The notes under the pieces were generated by a model that worked only from the letters and a program-made list of their open reading frames with translations, did no database searches and had not been told where the DNA came from. The translations under genes and the position numbers were made by a program. Shown here piece after piece: positions 212,100 through 225,306 of a stretch of DNA of 248,000 bases. Each line of letters opens with the position of its first letter. The first letter of the stretch is position 1. Source of the DNA: Wallemia ichthyophaga EXF-994 (Eukaryota > Fungi > Basidiomycota). The stretch covers positions 20,001 to 268,000 of the forward strand of contig NW_008806285.1 in the NCBI RefSeq assembly GCF_000400465.1, given 5' to 3'.

Positions 212100-212435
212100 T
212101 CTTAATTATTTATTGAATTTATTGGTATTTAACTGAAAGGGGCCTTGACTCTCGCAAATAAGGGTGCTTTAGAGAAAAGACTTGGTCGTACGGACTCAAG
212201 TGCGTCGCGTCTATAGATACGTGATGTATAAAATTTACAAGTCAGTGGAAATCCAACTCAAATATCATTCGTAACTTTGAACAACTTTTCATTGCCCCAG
212301 TCTCACCTCTTAACTTCGTCTCAATCTCTTTTTGACTTTGGCTCCTTACTCAATTCACAACGGCATCAAGTCATTTATATCTAATTGATTGCATGCAATT
212401 TCAAGTGGTATGACATAAATATTAGTTTCAGACCG

Positions 212436-215400
212436 TTACCCAGCATCTTTTGCAAACTCATCGCTGTGTTCCTCATTTTCATCATCGTTGAACCTAACCT
212501 CTTTTCTGTCTTGATCGTTGCTTAAAGGTGACGTACTGCTACGATCGCTAATATCCAACGAACCTTCATTTGTATGCACCTCGTTTTCATTTGCGCTCTC
212601 CTCTATCGTCTTTGTTAAAGGTGCCAGGAATCCATTATTCTGCAGTGATGCCAACATATCTGCTGCCATAGCTGCTTCATTACCTGGACCTGATAAATCT
212701 GATTGACTTTGCGAGGCATGAGGTACAGAGCTCCTTCTGTTTCCCTTCCTGGCTCGCCTTCTAGGCGCTGTGTCTCCTTGCTTGAGCTTGTCGAGCAATG
212801 TATCCATTATTGACTCGCCCTCTGGGTCCGTGTAAGCTGCTTGTATTGCTGCTCTTTCTTTAACTCTAGCTTCTTTAGCTTGACGTCGCTTTTCAATGCT
212901 CGCCTTCTCCTCTGCGTACGTCTGGTTCTCATTTTTACATTTCTAATCGTAACATTAGTCAAAACCCACAAAACACTTTAGTAAATACCTTGTAAGAAGC
213001 CAGAAATTGCTTAAACACACCAAAGAACTCCGAAGTCGATGGTAACTTGTCAAGTTCACCATAGAAGCGAGCAGTGTTCTGATACGAAGCATCGGCCAAA
213101 GCTAATCTGTCAACCATGCCATCTAGCTTCCCTTTAGCAACTGCAGAAAATTTCCACATCTTTTCAGGGTACCCATCTCGAGGGGTAATAGATTCCGGAT
213201 CATTGAAGTGATTCTCCAATTCCAACAACAAGTGTTTCAGCCCTTCTCTAAGATCTCCTAGACCTTTCCTCACATCCGTCAAATTTACTACTAACGTCAG
213301 CTTGCGGGTTGCAAGTATATATCTCACTAACCTCTGTAAGCTTCAGCCGGCTTTGACAACTCATCAATGAAGAGCTCCATGTCAGTGAACTGCTTTGCTA
213401 CGGTTCTCTCGAGGAAGTGAACCAAAGTAGTTCCATTTGTCGACTTGGTATCAACCATCTACTTCGCGTTAACATATTCCACAAACAAATGCACTCGTAC
213501 CTTATTTAAACTGGTGATCTTAAAACCGAAAGCTCCACCTTTAACACCTTGAGCATTCATGTAATTACCAATCAGTAACACCAGCTGCAGATAATTAGAT
213601 TATATGAAATCCCCTATTCTTACTCACCTTCAACATTTCTATAAACCTTGGAGCAGACATTAGACTTTCAGATGCCTCATGAACTACATCAACGCTCTGC
213701 CGATGTTAGAAGAATTATGTGCTTTTGTAATGACTCACTTCACTTAGAATATTGTACACCTCTTCGAAAACAGACTTATAAAGCATACCCTCGATTCTAG
213801 GTCCCATTCTTTCTATCTTGATCAACTGAACCATTAGTCTGTCTGCAGGGTGCAAAGTAACAAGAACCTCAGGGCCTGCATCCTTGTAAGGTGCCAATTT
213901 ACCTGCCTGTTCAGGAGTCGGCAGAACCGGTTTCAACTCGCTCAAGAATGTCTGCGTACAGAAGTCCTCGTCAAATGAAAGGATTTTTGAGGCGATCTGT
214001 TCGGGGGAGTATTGCTTTACCCGCTGCATCACAATTTCGATTCTCTTCTGCGATGAAACGTCTAGAACACTTATCAAGTCCTTGTCCTTTTTCTTGTTCA
214101 TCAAATTGAGGACTATCTGCTTACTCTTAAAATCTTCTTCGAGTTCAATCCACACACCATCACGCTTTAATTGGTTAAACCATTCTGTTTCAGGAGCCTC
214201 GTTCGTAAGACCCCAGACAGTCTTACCGAGATGATTTTGATTTATTTTATCCCACTGTAGCTGCTTCATCTTCTGACTCGCGGCGTCAGGCAGCTCTTTA
214301 CGAGCATGAGCACTATACATAGTAGAAGTAGGTCGTGAAGAGGGAGGGATTGGCGGAGGAGGCGGAAGACCGGTGTTAGTAGCTGGTATTGCTTGACGTA
214401 GACCACCAGACTTGAGTATGTTCGCAAGTGAGGCGTTTGGTGTTGTAGTACCTGGTGGTGGCGGAGGTGGTGGCGGAGGAGGTGGAGCTCCCTGAGATGA
214501 CGCTTGAGAAGTTGGAGGTGGGGGAGGCGGTAAAGGTATAGGGCCACCAGCTCCCATGGCAATTACTGGATTTCCGACCGGTGGAGGAGGAGGAGGCACA
214601 GGTATAAGACCACCTGTTGTCATAGCACTTGCAGGATTTCCGACTGGAGGGGGAGGAGGCGGCACAGGTATAAGGCCACCTGTTGTCATAGCACTTGCAG
214701 GATTTCCAACCGGAGGTGGCGGTGGGGCTGGAGGAGCTGGAGGAGCTGTAGGGGGTGTAGATTCTGCTGCTGGCATTGAAGATAAAAGATCTTTATCATT
214801 TGTGGCGGACGTCTGATCCGTAACATCCGGTCTACCAACCCCTTGGTGTTTTTTGAGGTTCTTAGTTTGCTTTTGTAGCATGGCTTCAAATGCATTGTTG
214901 CGGGTTTCTGATGAGTTTTCATTAATGGAGGCCATGGATGTCACTTGGGTATCGTCACTTTGGGTAGTAAACCCGCTAGCATGAGTCATAGTTGCATCAG
215001 ACTGCTCCTCGTCAGTCTGCGATTCTTCAGTAACTGCTGGCATCTCTGAATCCGTCTTTGATCTGTCGTCTTCATCTTTATCGTCTTCGTCTAAGGGTAA
215101 ACCTGAAGGCGTCCTGCGGCCTCTGCTGCGAATCTCTTCTAGGTAGGCCGGTTCTATACCAAGTTTCTTATGACTTTTACGTTTACTGGACTTTTCTTGT
215201 GGACTTGGTGCTGTCTTGGAAATTGACATCGAACTATTATCTACATCAATCTCCCGAGAACTACTCACGTATGGACCGTTACTAGGTTGGACACTCATAA
215301 TCGCACTGTCACTCGAAATCCTCTTACTGCTTCTTTGAGGTTTACCTGAAGGCATAGGTCTAGCCAATGCTTTTCGCTGTTGTACGTTGTAATCCACATC

Positions 215401-218155
215401 CTTTGGCATGTTCTGATATCGTAGAACCCTTGGGCTGGGTTGCTTGGGGCTTTCACGCTCTGATCTCATAGGTGTCAGCTTACCTTTACTGACAAGATTA
215501 ACGTGATGCTCCTGTACTTCTTCATCTTCTGCGTCCATGAATTGTGATGCACGACCCTCATCCTTTGTGGCTGTGATGCCTGAACTTTCCGAATCCCTGT
215601 TCTGTGGTGGAGCTTTGACTACACCCAGACTGCGTCCAAGTTTAGCACCTCTTGAAAAAGGCTGATCACCCTTGCTAGGTACCTCTATTTTTGGCTTTTT
215701 GCTTGGACTTTCTGCCATTTGTTCAGCTTCTTGCTCGGCTCCTTGCTCATCGACATTATTCAATGCGTTCAATGCGTCTGTACCCTCTAGCTTCTTAACA
215801 GTCTTGTGCCGAGCAAGTCGTCTTTCAAGGGCAGTGACGAACTCGCGTTGCTGAGACTTTTTCCCATCAATACCAACTTCATTTTCAACTGATATGAGAT
215901 CATGGAACCCTTTCGTCTGCTTAAGCAGATTAAACAATTCGCGTATGAGTGCCTCCAGTTCAGTAATCTTCTCGCGGAGTCTATCTTCAAGTTCTTCAGA
216001 GTGCTCTTGGACTTTATGCATCGCCTCCCGCGAGATACTCAGTGATTCCTCCGTCTCGTTCAGTTTCCTTTGAAGCGTGTTGACTAATACCGTATCTGAA
216101 GATGACGACGCAGGCAAGTCAGTCGCATTATAAAGCGCTACCTCCTGCTCAAGTGCATCCTTTTGTCTCCTGGTTTTAATGTGTTGCGCGTGTTCATTTT
216201 CCAGCTGATTCTCTAGCTTCTGCATTCTGTCCTGATCGGTAAAGCGAGACACAACATTTCCAACAGATACGTTAGCTAGCGATGAGAAGTCTGTCGCAAC
216301 ACCACCCTTCCCGTCCATCACAATTGACGATATGAGGCTATCCACTAATTGAAGATACCTATTCTTTGTCTCAGGATCACTTGGAAGCAGTAGCAAGTGT
216401 TGTAATACGGCATGAAATAAGTCTCGACCTCTGGAACCTTCAACAGATGATATTAAAGCCCGAAAAATGTCTTCAGTCGTTGTAAGACTACCAAAGAATT
216501 GTGATTTCTGAGATTGCATTAATAACTCGTGATCCTCTTCAGCCAATTCTTCGTACTCGAGGATGATGTCCTCAACACGGGGATGCTGAAGGCTCCTCAA
216601 TTTGTCTGTGACTCTTTTCAAACCAGATAATTCCAACTGAGATCTAAGAAAATGACGTACGTCTGGATCTTCCGGCAAGCATACGAGTTGATTGACAAGA
216701 AGCAGATTCACCACCTTGATATAATGAGTTGATTTTCACAAACTGACATTTACTCACGGCATAATCAACCAACATGCTATCAGCAGATATAGCGTTCTTC
216801 AATTCATCGCTTGCACCCACGAGCGAGCCCATTCGACCCCTACCGTCAATGGTAGCTTCGAAAGATTTGAGCCATGGATCGAATCTCGAATTCTCCTCGT
216901 AATGTGTTTGCAGTGCGTCGAATGATCTGAGAACAATCGAGTGGCCTCGTGGTTTATCCCAAGAGATCAAGAAGAGTAGAATTTCAACAGCCTGTCTTCG
217001 AGTTTGAAGTTGTGGGCTCATTATAGACGCCGCTAAGGATGTCACAATAATTGGTTGCGAGGATACATCGCTAGCACCAGACTAGAGCCCATCAGAATAC
217101 TGAAGACAAAATAGGGAACACCTACAGGATAGTTTACCACGTGCCGCATGCACTTGACGATTTCTGCTTCAAGTATTGCGTCGCCCTCTCTCTTAACCGT
217201 GCGATGATTGATGGTGTGTAACACATTGGCCAAAACGGAAGGACCGCGAAGCTCAATAAATTCCTTCAGCCACCTAAACATAGATGAGTAATATAACAAC
217301 AAATTGTCATTCCACTCACTCGAGAGGCATTGTACGCAAGCTGACGGATAGATGAGAAACGTCAGTGTGTAAAACGTTACCACTGAGGAATTTGCGAATG
217401 TAAGCTTGAGGGGGGTCATCAGCATGCCCAACAAAAGCACGTGGGGAGGAAGTAGAGGATTTTTCGCTTCTGCCGTGTCTCTTGACAGCTTGCTTCTGCT
217501 TCAAGGCGCTACTCTGAAGCAAAGCACGCTTATTATCTTGAGGCAAAGCTCTGAGTCTCTTAGCTTCAGAGTCACCCGGAGCTATGGATTGAACAAAGAT
217601 ATCGAAATGATCCTCAATCTCAGCCTCTGAGAGTAAGTCAACATTCTTTATAGAGATACCACCTGTGCCAAGTTTGCTCATGGAGGAGGAGCTTTGGGAT
217701 CTTACAGAATTGAATGAAGGGGATGATTCAATACTTGCTAAGTTAAAGTCGTTTATTGACCTCGAAGGACCAGCCTCGTAAAAAGCATCGCCGCTGCCCA
217801 AGAAAGAGGAGAATTGCGATGAGCGACCTGAAAAGAGAGAATTTCCATCAGATTGCATCCTAGAATTGCGTTTGGTGGGGAGAGTGGAGATCATTGATGA
217901 CGAGGTGGGTAATCTACCTGCGTCGATCGAGGACGAGCTGTGATATGAATCAAGGGTGGGGCTACGATAAGGGTAATCCTTATTAGCGTCATATTCAATA
218001 TTTGAATTTAAATTGGAATTGAGATTTGGATTGGTATTTGGTGCAGAGATGGAACCGCCAGAGATAGCTGACTTGTCAACGTCGTTCCACTCATAATCTG
218101 CTTGGATCTTTGAGCGTGATTTCTTCTTTGAAGACAGTGAAAATATTGAGTCCAT
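212436..218155 (-). CDS. Formin (GBD/FH3, FH1, FH2, DAD)
   Basis: GRMGSLVGAS; polyproline FH1; KMKQLQWDKI; LIGNYMN..GFKITSL..L; MDTLLDKL DAD. Confidence 0.94.
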
Positions 218156-218370
218156 TTGGACTGCTTTTTCACTCAGTGGTGGTGATAGTACTGGTCCGAC
218201 CAAGACAAATTCAAATCAAAGCCAATATCAGCGTCATATTGCAGCAAAATTAAATTGAAATTCTTCTTCTTTTATTACAATTCTATGTCTTACGATTCAA
218301 AGCGTCTACTTTGGCTCTGACCTGATACCGCAATTGGGCTGGTATACACGGACGCGCCCTATACGCCACT

Positions 218371-219733
218371 TCATTCATCATCTGAGTCGTAGAATTCATC
218401 TGACATATCTTCATCGAGTGCGGCAAGGTGTGCCAAGTCGACCTATTTCGTATTAGCACACTTCGTTATCATCTAATCCAGCATTCACCTTATAACGGAG
218501 TAGACCACCTACACCACCAAATCCGCGAACAAATTGAGCACCTTCTTGCGATTTGTCAGTTACAAATTCCAAGTTTGCACCAAATTCCTTGTAATTCTCT
218601 GCAAACCATTCTAACAAAGATTGTGGTTCACCGATTGGCTCCATTTCAGAACCAGTTGAAGGATCAGTGAACTTTGAACGATCGTCTTCCTGTCCTTTGT
218701 TTACGTGAAGTACAACTTCTTCGCCTGCAGCATTGCGAAGCTTGTGACGAGTGACTTCAAGATTCTCAAACACAATCAAGTCCTTGACAGCACCAAGATC
218801 TAATGCACGTAACGTATCCTCAATACCAAAGCAGAATTTACCAGTGTCTAAGGAAATTTCATCAAAGTACTTTGAGATAAGCTTCTTCTCTTGTACGAAT
218901 TTAACATTCTGCAATGACTCGGAAGATAAATCGATTGCTTGGTTGAAACCATTCTCACCACCGTAAGAAACATCCACAATTTTAACAATCTTTGTCGCCA
219001 ATCTTGGGTCAAAGAGATCCGATTGACTCAATTCAGTCTTAAAGTCTGCACTACCAGCGAGGACCAAACCAGCAACATTGATCTTGTCATTAGTAATAAA
219101 GTGCTGAGTGGCGAACTCAGCAACCTTTCTAACGTAGTTGTGGCGCTTTTCATCACGGAGACGGGAGAAACGCATGGCAGATTGACCACCACGTCCGTGC
219201 TTCTTTGGTAGATCAACGGTAAACTTCTGAATAACCTCTCTAGTGTTTCCGGCGAGTGTACCAAACAAGGAGCCACTACCATCCATAACGATGAAACCAA
219301 ACTTTGTGTCAGATTCGAGCAACTCCTGTAGGGCTTCTGTGTGGAACTTGTTATCGCAAAGGTAAAGGGAGGTGTTTATAGGGCGGTGAGGTTCGAAGTC
219401 AATAGAGACCTTCTTCTCTTTACCGTCATCGGTGACGATTGTGCCTACGAAGAGAACTAAACCATTGTTGGGCATGCGAGTATAGAGCTTGAGACGCTGC
219501 TGAGTGGAAGTGATGGCAGCTAGAACAGAGAGTCTATTAACACGTGATTTAATGTTTGAAGCAGTACCGTATTCCTGCGTAAGCATACCACTGAGTTGAG
219601 ATATTTGTGCTCTACCGTTTGAGATCAAACTGATCATCGAGGTACCGTTACCTCTGACAGAGTCCAACCAGCGAATAACCCTCTTCATCTTCCATATCTG
219701 CACATTTTGTGCTGCAATATCGTCTGAACTCAT
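218371..219733 (-). CDS. SUP45: Eukaryotic release factor 1
   Basis: TASNIKS, YLCDNKF, GRGGQSA. Confidence 0.98.
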
Positions 219734-220262
219734 ATCGTGATGGTGGTGGTGGAAGAATTTATATAACCAATTAAAATTTGAAATATCCTGAGTATAAAAT
219801 CAGTGCCTTTTACTTGGTGTTGTTTACAGTGCCTGCGTATGCTTGATCTTCCTCAGAGACTGCTATCTTCGACTATGCTTGACATCCATCTGCACACCCC
219901 AACCCACGCCAAATATGCTCCAACTAATATCCTAAAATACCTCTCGTCTGCCGCCTTATTGCTCGATTGGCAGCTGAATTGATGGATGCCACGCGGTGAA
220001 AGTAAAATTTGCAGGTACAAACGTCTCAAATGATCGTTGCGTGTTCAAGGCTAGAATTAAAGGCTACGATTATATTTACGTCTGTTCTGATATTTCGCCG
220101 CGTTGCGTGACATCTTTGATCGTGCACAGGGAATGCTTTGGGCACATAAAGGATATACCTTACATATATATTGCACTAGAAGAGCTACTACAGAGTGTAT
220201 CGCTGCTTTTCACATCGTTTTCGCGTCAGAAAGGCTGATAATACTTCTTCAACTGCCCTTCC

Positions 220263-223200
220263 ATGAGCCAGAATAATATAAAGGTAGTTGCGCGGTTTAG
220301 ACCTGTAAATAAGGTCGAGCAACAACAATATCCACCAGATGGAAAACCCATCATCGACATCAACGATACCAACACTCAAGTAAATCTCTACAACGAATCA
220401 AACAACTATTCTTTCGATAGAGTGTTCGATAGACAGTCCAAGCAGGAAGACGTTTTCGAATACGGCGTTAGGGGTATCGTTGACGATGTCATTTCTGGCT
220501 ACAATGGTACTGTCTTCGCCTACGGTCAGACCGGCTCTGGTAAAACGTACACTATGATGGGCTCTGATATCGACGACAACAACTCAAAGGGTATCATACC
220601 TCGCATCACCGAACAGATCTTTGAATCCATTCTTACCTCTCCTCCAAACATGGAGTACCTTGTCAAGGTCAGTTACATGGAAATCTACATGGAAAGAATC
220701 AGAGACCTCTTGTCCCCAAATAATGATAATCTTCAAGTTCACGAGGATAAAGTAAGAGGCGTTTACGTCAAGAACCTTTCAGACTACTACGTTGGTGATG
220801 CAAATGAAGTCTACGAGATTATGAGACAAGGCAGTCAAGCAAGAGCTGTCTCTTCAACAAACATGAACGCTGAATCTTCTCGCTCTCACTCAATCTTTCT
220901 TATCTCTATCGTACAGAAAAACATCGAGACTGGCTCCCAAAAAACTGGTAACCTCTATCTCGTCGATTTGGCTGGTTCAGAAAAAATTGGTAAAACTGGT
221001 GCAACCGGACAAACCTTAGAAGAAGCAAAGAAGATCAACAAAAGTTTATCAGCACTTGGTATGGTTATCAATGCCTTGACTGATGGAAAATCAACCCATA
221101 TACCCTATCGTGACTCCAAACTGACAAGAATCTTGCAAGAATCTCTCGGAGGTAACTCCAGAACTACCTTGATAGTTAAGTACGTTGATTTTCGGCTTTG
221201 GGATTTCGATCTAACTCAAATACAGCTGTTCGCCTTCCGAATATAACGCTGACGAGACTATGTCGACCTTGAGATTTGGTATCAGAGCAAAGTCGATCAA
221301 GAATTCTGCTCGTGTCAACACTGAATTATCTCCTGCTGAACTTAAGAACCTTCTCAAGAAATCGCAAAGAGATCGCACTCTTTATGAAAACTTTGTCACT
221401 GCACTTGAAGCTGAGTTGAAACAATGGAGGGCAGGAAAGACAGTCCCAAAGGAAGATTGGACAACTAAAGACTCAACACCAAAGGAGAATATACCTTTAA
221501 ATACCACAATACCATCTACACCTACCAAACCAATCAATCAAAACCTAGAAGTTGCTCGTGATGAAGCACGCCCAGCTACCCCGGTGCCGCTCAACTTGGA
221601 TAAAGATGAGAGGGAAGACTTCTTGAAACACGAGAACGAATTGAGTGACCAGTTGGCAGACAAGGAAAAAGCGATGACTTCACTCGAAAAGGTTCTCAAA
221701 GAGCTGCGCGACGAGCTTGATTTCTATAAAACCTCTCATCAAACACTCAACGAGGAGAACTCTGACTTCCAAACGCAATTATCAGATCTCCGCCTACAAT
221801 TTGAAAGATTAGAGTTTGATAACAAGGACAACATCATCAATATGGATGTTCTACGCGACAGAAATACAGAATTGACAGCTTCAGTGAATGACTTGAACAG
221901 ATCTCTTGAAGAAGCCAAGAATGCTCAGAAAGACTCCCTTGCGGAAGACTTTGAAAAGAAGAAGGCTGAAAAGATGGCACAGATGATGGCTAAGTTTGAT
222001 GCTACTGGTTTTTCAGAGAAGGACGATGTTTTACGAGACTTAGTGTCAAAGATTGACAGCATTGACAACGACGAAAGACTCAGCGGTGGCACATTGACAT
222101 CTGACGATCTTTCTGCTATCCGCCGCCAACTCCTTGAATCCCAATCTCTTGCTCGCGAATCCCAGGACAAGCTTCGCAACAGTGAACATGATAACCAAAC
222201 CTTGGTTATCAAGAGGGAGGAGGTTGAGTCTCGTTTGCATGGTCTTGAAAGCGAGTTCGAAGAGCTTCTAGAGAAATCGATCAAAGAAGAAGAAGCCAAT
222301 AATCTAGACTTGCAGGAGTCTATCAATGGAATCAAGGACAAGCTTGAAGCACAATACAATTCAAAGCGTGAAAAGAACGAAGTGGAAGTTAATGATCTGC
222401 GTCAGCAGATAGAGAATAAAAATCAAGATATTACCTCGCTCAAAGACGACGTACAGAATCTGATGGGCCTCAATGACGAACTTAAGCGAGCCTTCGCTGT
222501 CACATCAGCTGGTATAGAAGGCGGTAAGAACCTAGTAGATTCAGCAAGAGATCTGGAAAAAACTCGCAAGAGCCTCGCATCCCAGTTAAATGACTTTGAA
222601 GGTATGAAGAAGTCACTGATGAAAGATTTACAAGATCGCTGCGAGAAAGTCGTTGAACTTGAGATTGAACTTGATCAGTATAAAGAGCAGTATGCTCAAG
222701 TGTTGCGTAGCACCAACAACAAGGCAGCTCAGAAGAAAATGGCCTTCTTGGAGCGCAATCTGGAGCAATTGACCCTCGTTCAGAAGGGACTTGTTGATCA
222801 GAACCAATCACTGAAAAAGGAAGTCGCGATTGCTGAGCGCAAGCTGCTTGCTAGATCCGAAAGGATTAACAACTTGGAGCACTTACTACAGGAAGCAGAC
222901 AAGAGGCTCGTCATCTCTAATGCTAAGTTTGAGGGGCAACTACAAGCCGTACGAGAGCGCCTTGAGCATGCTAGATGTGAGTACTAACGATTGAATAACA
223001 CATCCACTGACAGTAACCTTAGCTCAAAAAGAATCCACAAATGCGTCCATAAACTTCGGTAGAATCGCTAAGCCTCTCAGAGTGAGAACTTTACTTTTCA
223101 GGAAAATACTACTGACATCATAAACCAGGGTGGTGGTGGTAGCGGATCAGCATCTGCTTCTCCGACGAACAAGAAAACGATAGACTTATCTGGTGCGTCA

Positions 223201-223307
223201 GACCATGACAGCGGATCGTCGAGTAAGTTGATGAGTGTGCGGTGAGATTGTTAACTGACTCCGCTACAGCTAAACGTGCTTCTTGGTTCTTTTCATCTGG
223301 AAAATGA
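220263..223307 (+). CDS. Kinesin-1 heavy chain
   Basis: GQTGSGKT, SSRSH, DLAGSE, coiled-coil stalk, IAKPLRGGG tail. Confidence 0.97.
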
Positions 223308-225306
223308 TTTCCTGTGCTTTTATCTTCACACACTATATATCAGCAGTCATCCAAAGCAGCTTTTGACTTGTATCTATCATACACCCTTCTTAATATAGCA
223401 CTAGTGAGACGCATGTGCAGTATGCCAGTGATGCAATCAGATGCAAACTTTTTTTCCAATACCTCTTCACAATGGTATTTCGACCATGCAAATCATGCGT
223501 GCATGTCTCTGATGATATGACCAACTATGCATGTATACACCCGTGAACGACAGAAAGTTGAAATCGTATAATCTCAGCTCGAAGCGACCACTGATTTCGC
223601 TTGCTTTGCCTGATGTGCTCATTGAGTTAATTTATCGAAATCTCGAAAGCTAACTCACGGCGACCTTGGCAGCCAAAGCTTGAGCATCTCTTGGAAAATG
223701 TCAGATTATTACTTCTAGTGCTCAATGACCCACGCTTCACGCTTGTTCGAAAGCCTCTGAGTGCTTTGTTTGGGCGCTGGTCAAGAATGTCAGAAACCTT
223801 ATAAAAGGAGATGCTGCATACCTTTATTGTTGGCAGCGGCCTTCTTCTGCGCGCGTTCTATGCCATTTTAGAACATAAGGACGATCAAACAGCTACATAC
223901 CCCGATCCCTACGCGACTTTAGTATCCGCTCATTGAGAATGCTACGAGCTTACTTTTCTCTTTGATTCCCTCCTGAATCTAAATGTCAGAATATCCCAAT
224001 GCATTAACTGCATCCTTACTGCTCATCTGGCCCGTGGTAAGTGATCAACGAGCATGCGGCTCAAAAGAAGCTACAATTTCAGCGCAGTGTGAGCTTTCAC
224101 AGTTTTCTAATTGCTTTGCATTTGCATCATCTGTAAGTTATCATCGCGCTGCTCGATAACGTATAATTACTCAATTCCAAGAATGTCAAACACATGTTTC
224201 ATTTACAACGCATGTGCATGTTTATAGTACACAATTATTTCCCATATGTATCCCGGTAAAATCTATCTAAGCATCTTTAAGCGTGAAGCTAATATTACAT
224301 CTTCTGTCTGCGGACTACCTCGTCTTAGTGGTGGAGGTTAGCAAGATCAAGTGATGATAGCAAACGTATTAGGAGTATCGCTCAAAGCGGACTTTAAACG
224401 GACTGCCAGGTCTTATTGAAGGTTAGAGAGAGGCAAACGAATGAGATAAAGCTTAATGGGAGTAGCGCAGACTATTTACATGGAAAGGTTATACCGGCCT
224501 TACTATAGCCCCAAGATGTTGTATCGCAAGGAGAAGAGGAAAGGAGTGTGGGCTGTTTAAATACCGTAGCGGCGACCGAGAATCACGTGGCTCGCGTTTT
224601 GTGTTTGTTATTGTGTTTTACGAACACAGCTACCCTCGTTCCCAGTCAAGCATCTAACGGCGTAGACACAATTATTAGATGGCTATGACTGGTGATATAG
224701 ATGAATATCAAGTAGCTCGATACTGCGTTTCTGATGGCTTTAAAGGTATATCGGAGTGATTCAGCAGCTTTGAAGATTTAGATATTAGTATTATACGACT
224801 TTCCGTGCATGCTCGACCATTTGCGGTTTGAGTTGAGTAGAAACAATTAGATTGGGAGATAAACAAGATCGAGAGCAGCGTAAGATATTCAGTAGGACAC
224901 TCAAGTCACCCTCACTCAGTCTTTCACAGGGTGCCTTGAGCATATTTAATTCAGCACAATAACTTATACTATTGAAATTTTCCACAAGTACTAGAAATAG
225001 GTATGCAAATCACACTGCCATCCATTAAACACACCTTGATGTCATCAGAAATGTAGATACAAGTACCAGATTGAACCTTTGTGGGTGGCGACAGAATAAA
225101 TCACTTTAGTGATATATCCAAGCGCTCATTAATGTACTAAAAAGGTGTGATAAAATCCTTAATTACCGTAATTCTGTAACAGACCGGAGGTAACAATGAA
225201 GGTCAAGAATGTCCGATTGAATCTGAACAAAGAACAATGGACACTTTAAAGTCAACATAAATTTATTATTGTTACAACGATGTGATTTTAAATAAAATAA
225301 TATAAT

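Noticed and set aside
219800-219815. GCCTTTTAC, similar to U5 snRNA loop 1
   Set aside because: No supporting stem or Sm site recognised; probably chance.
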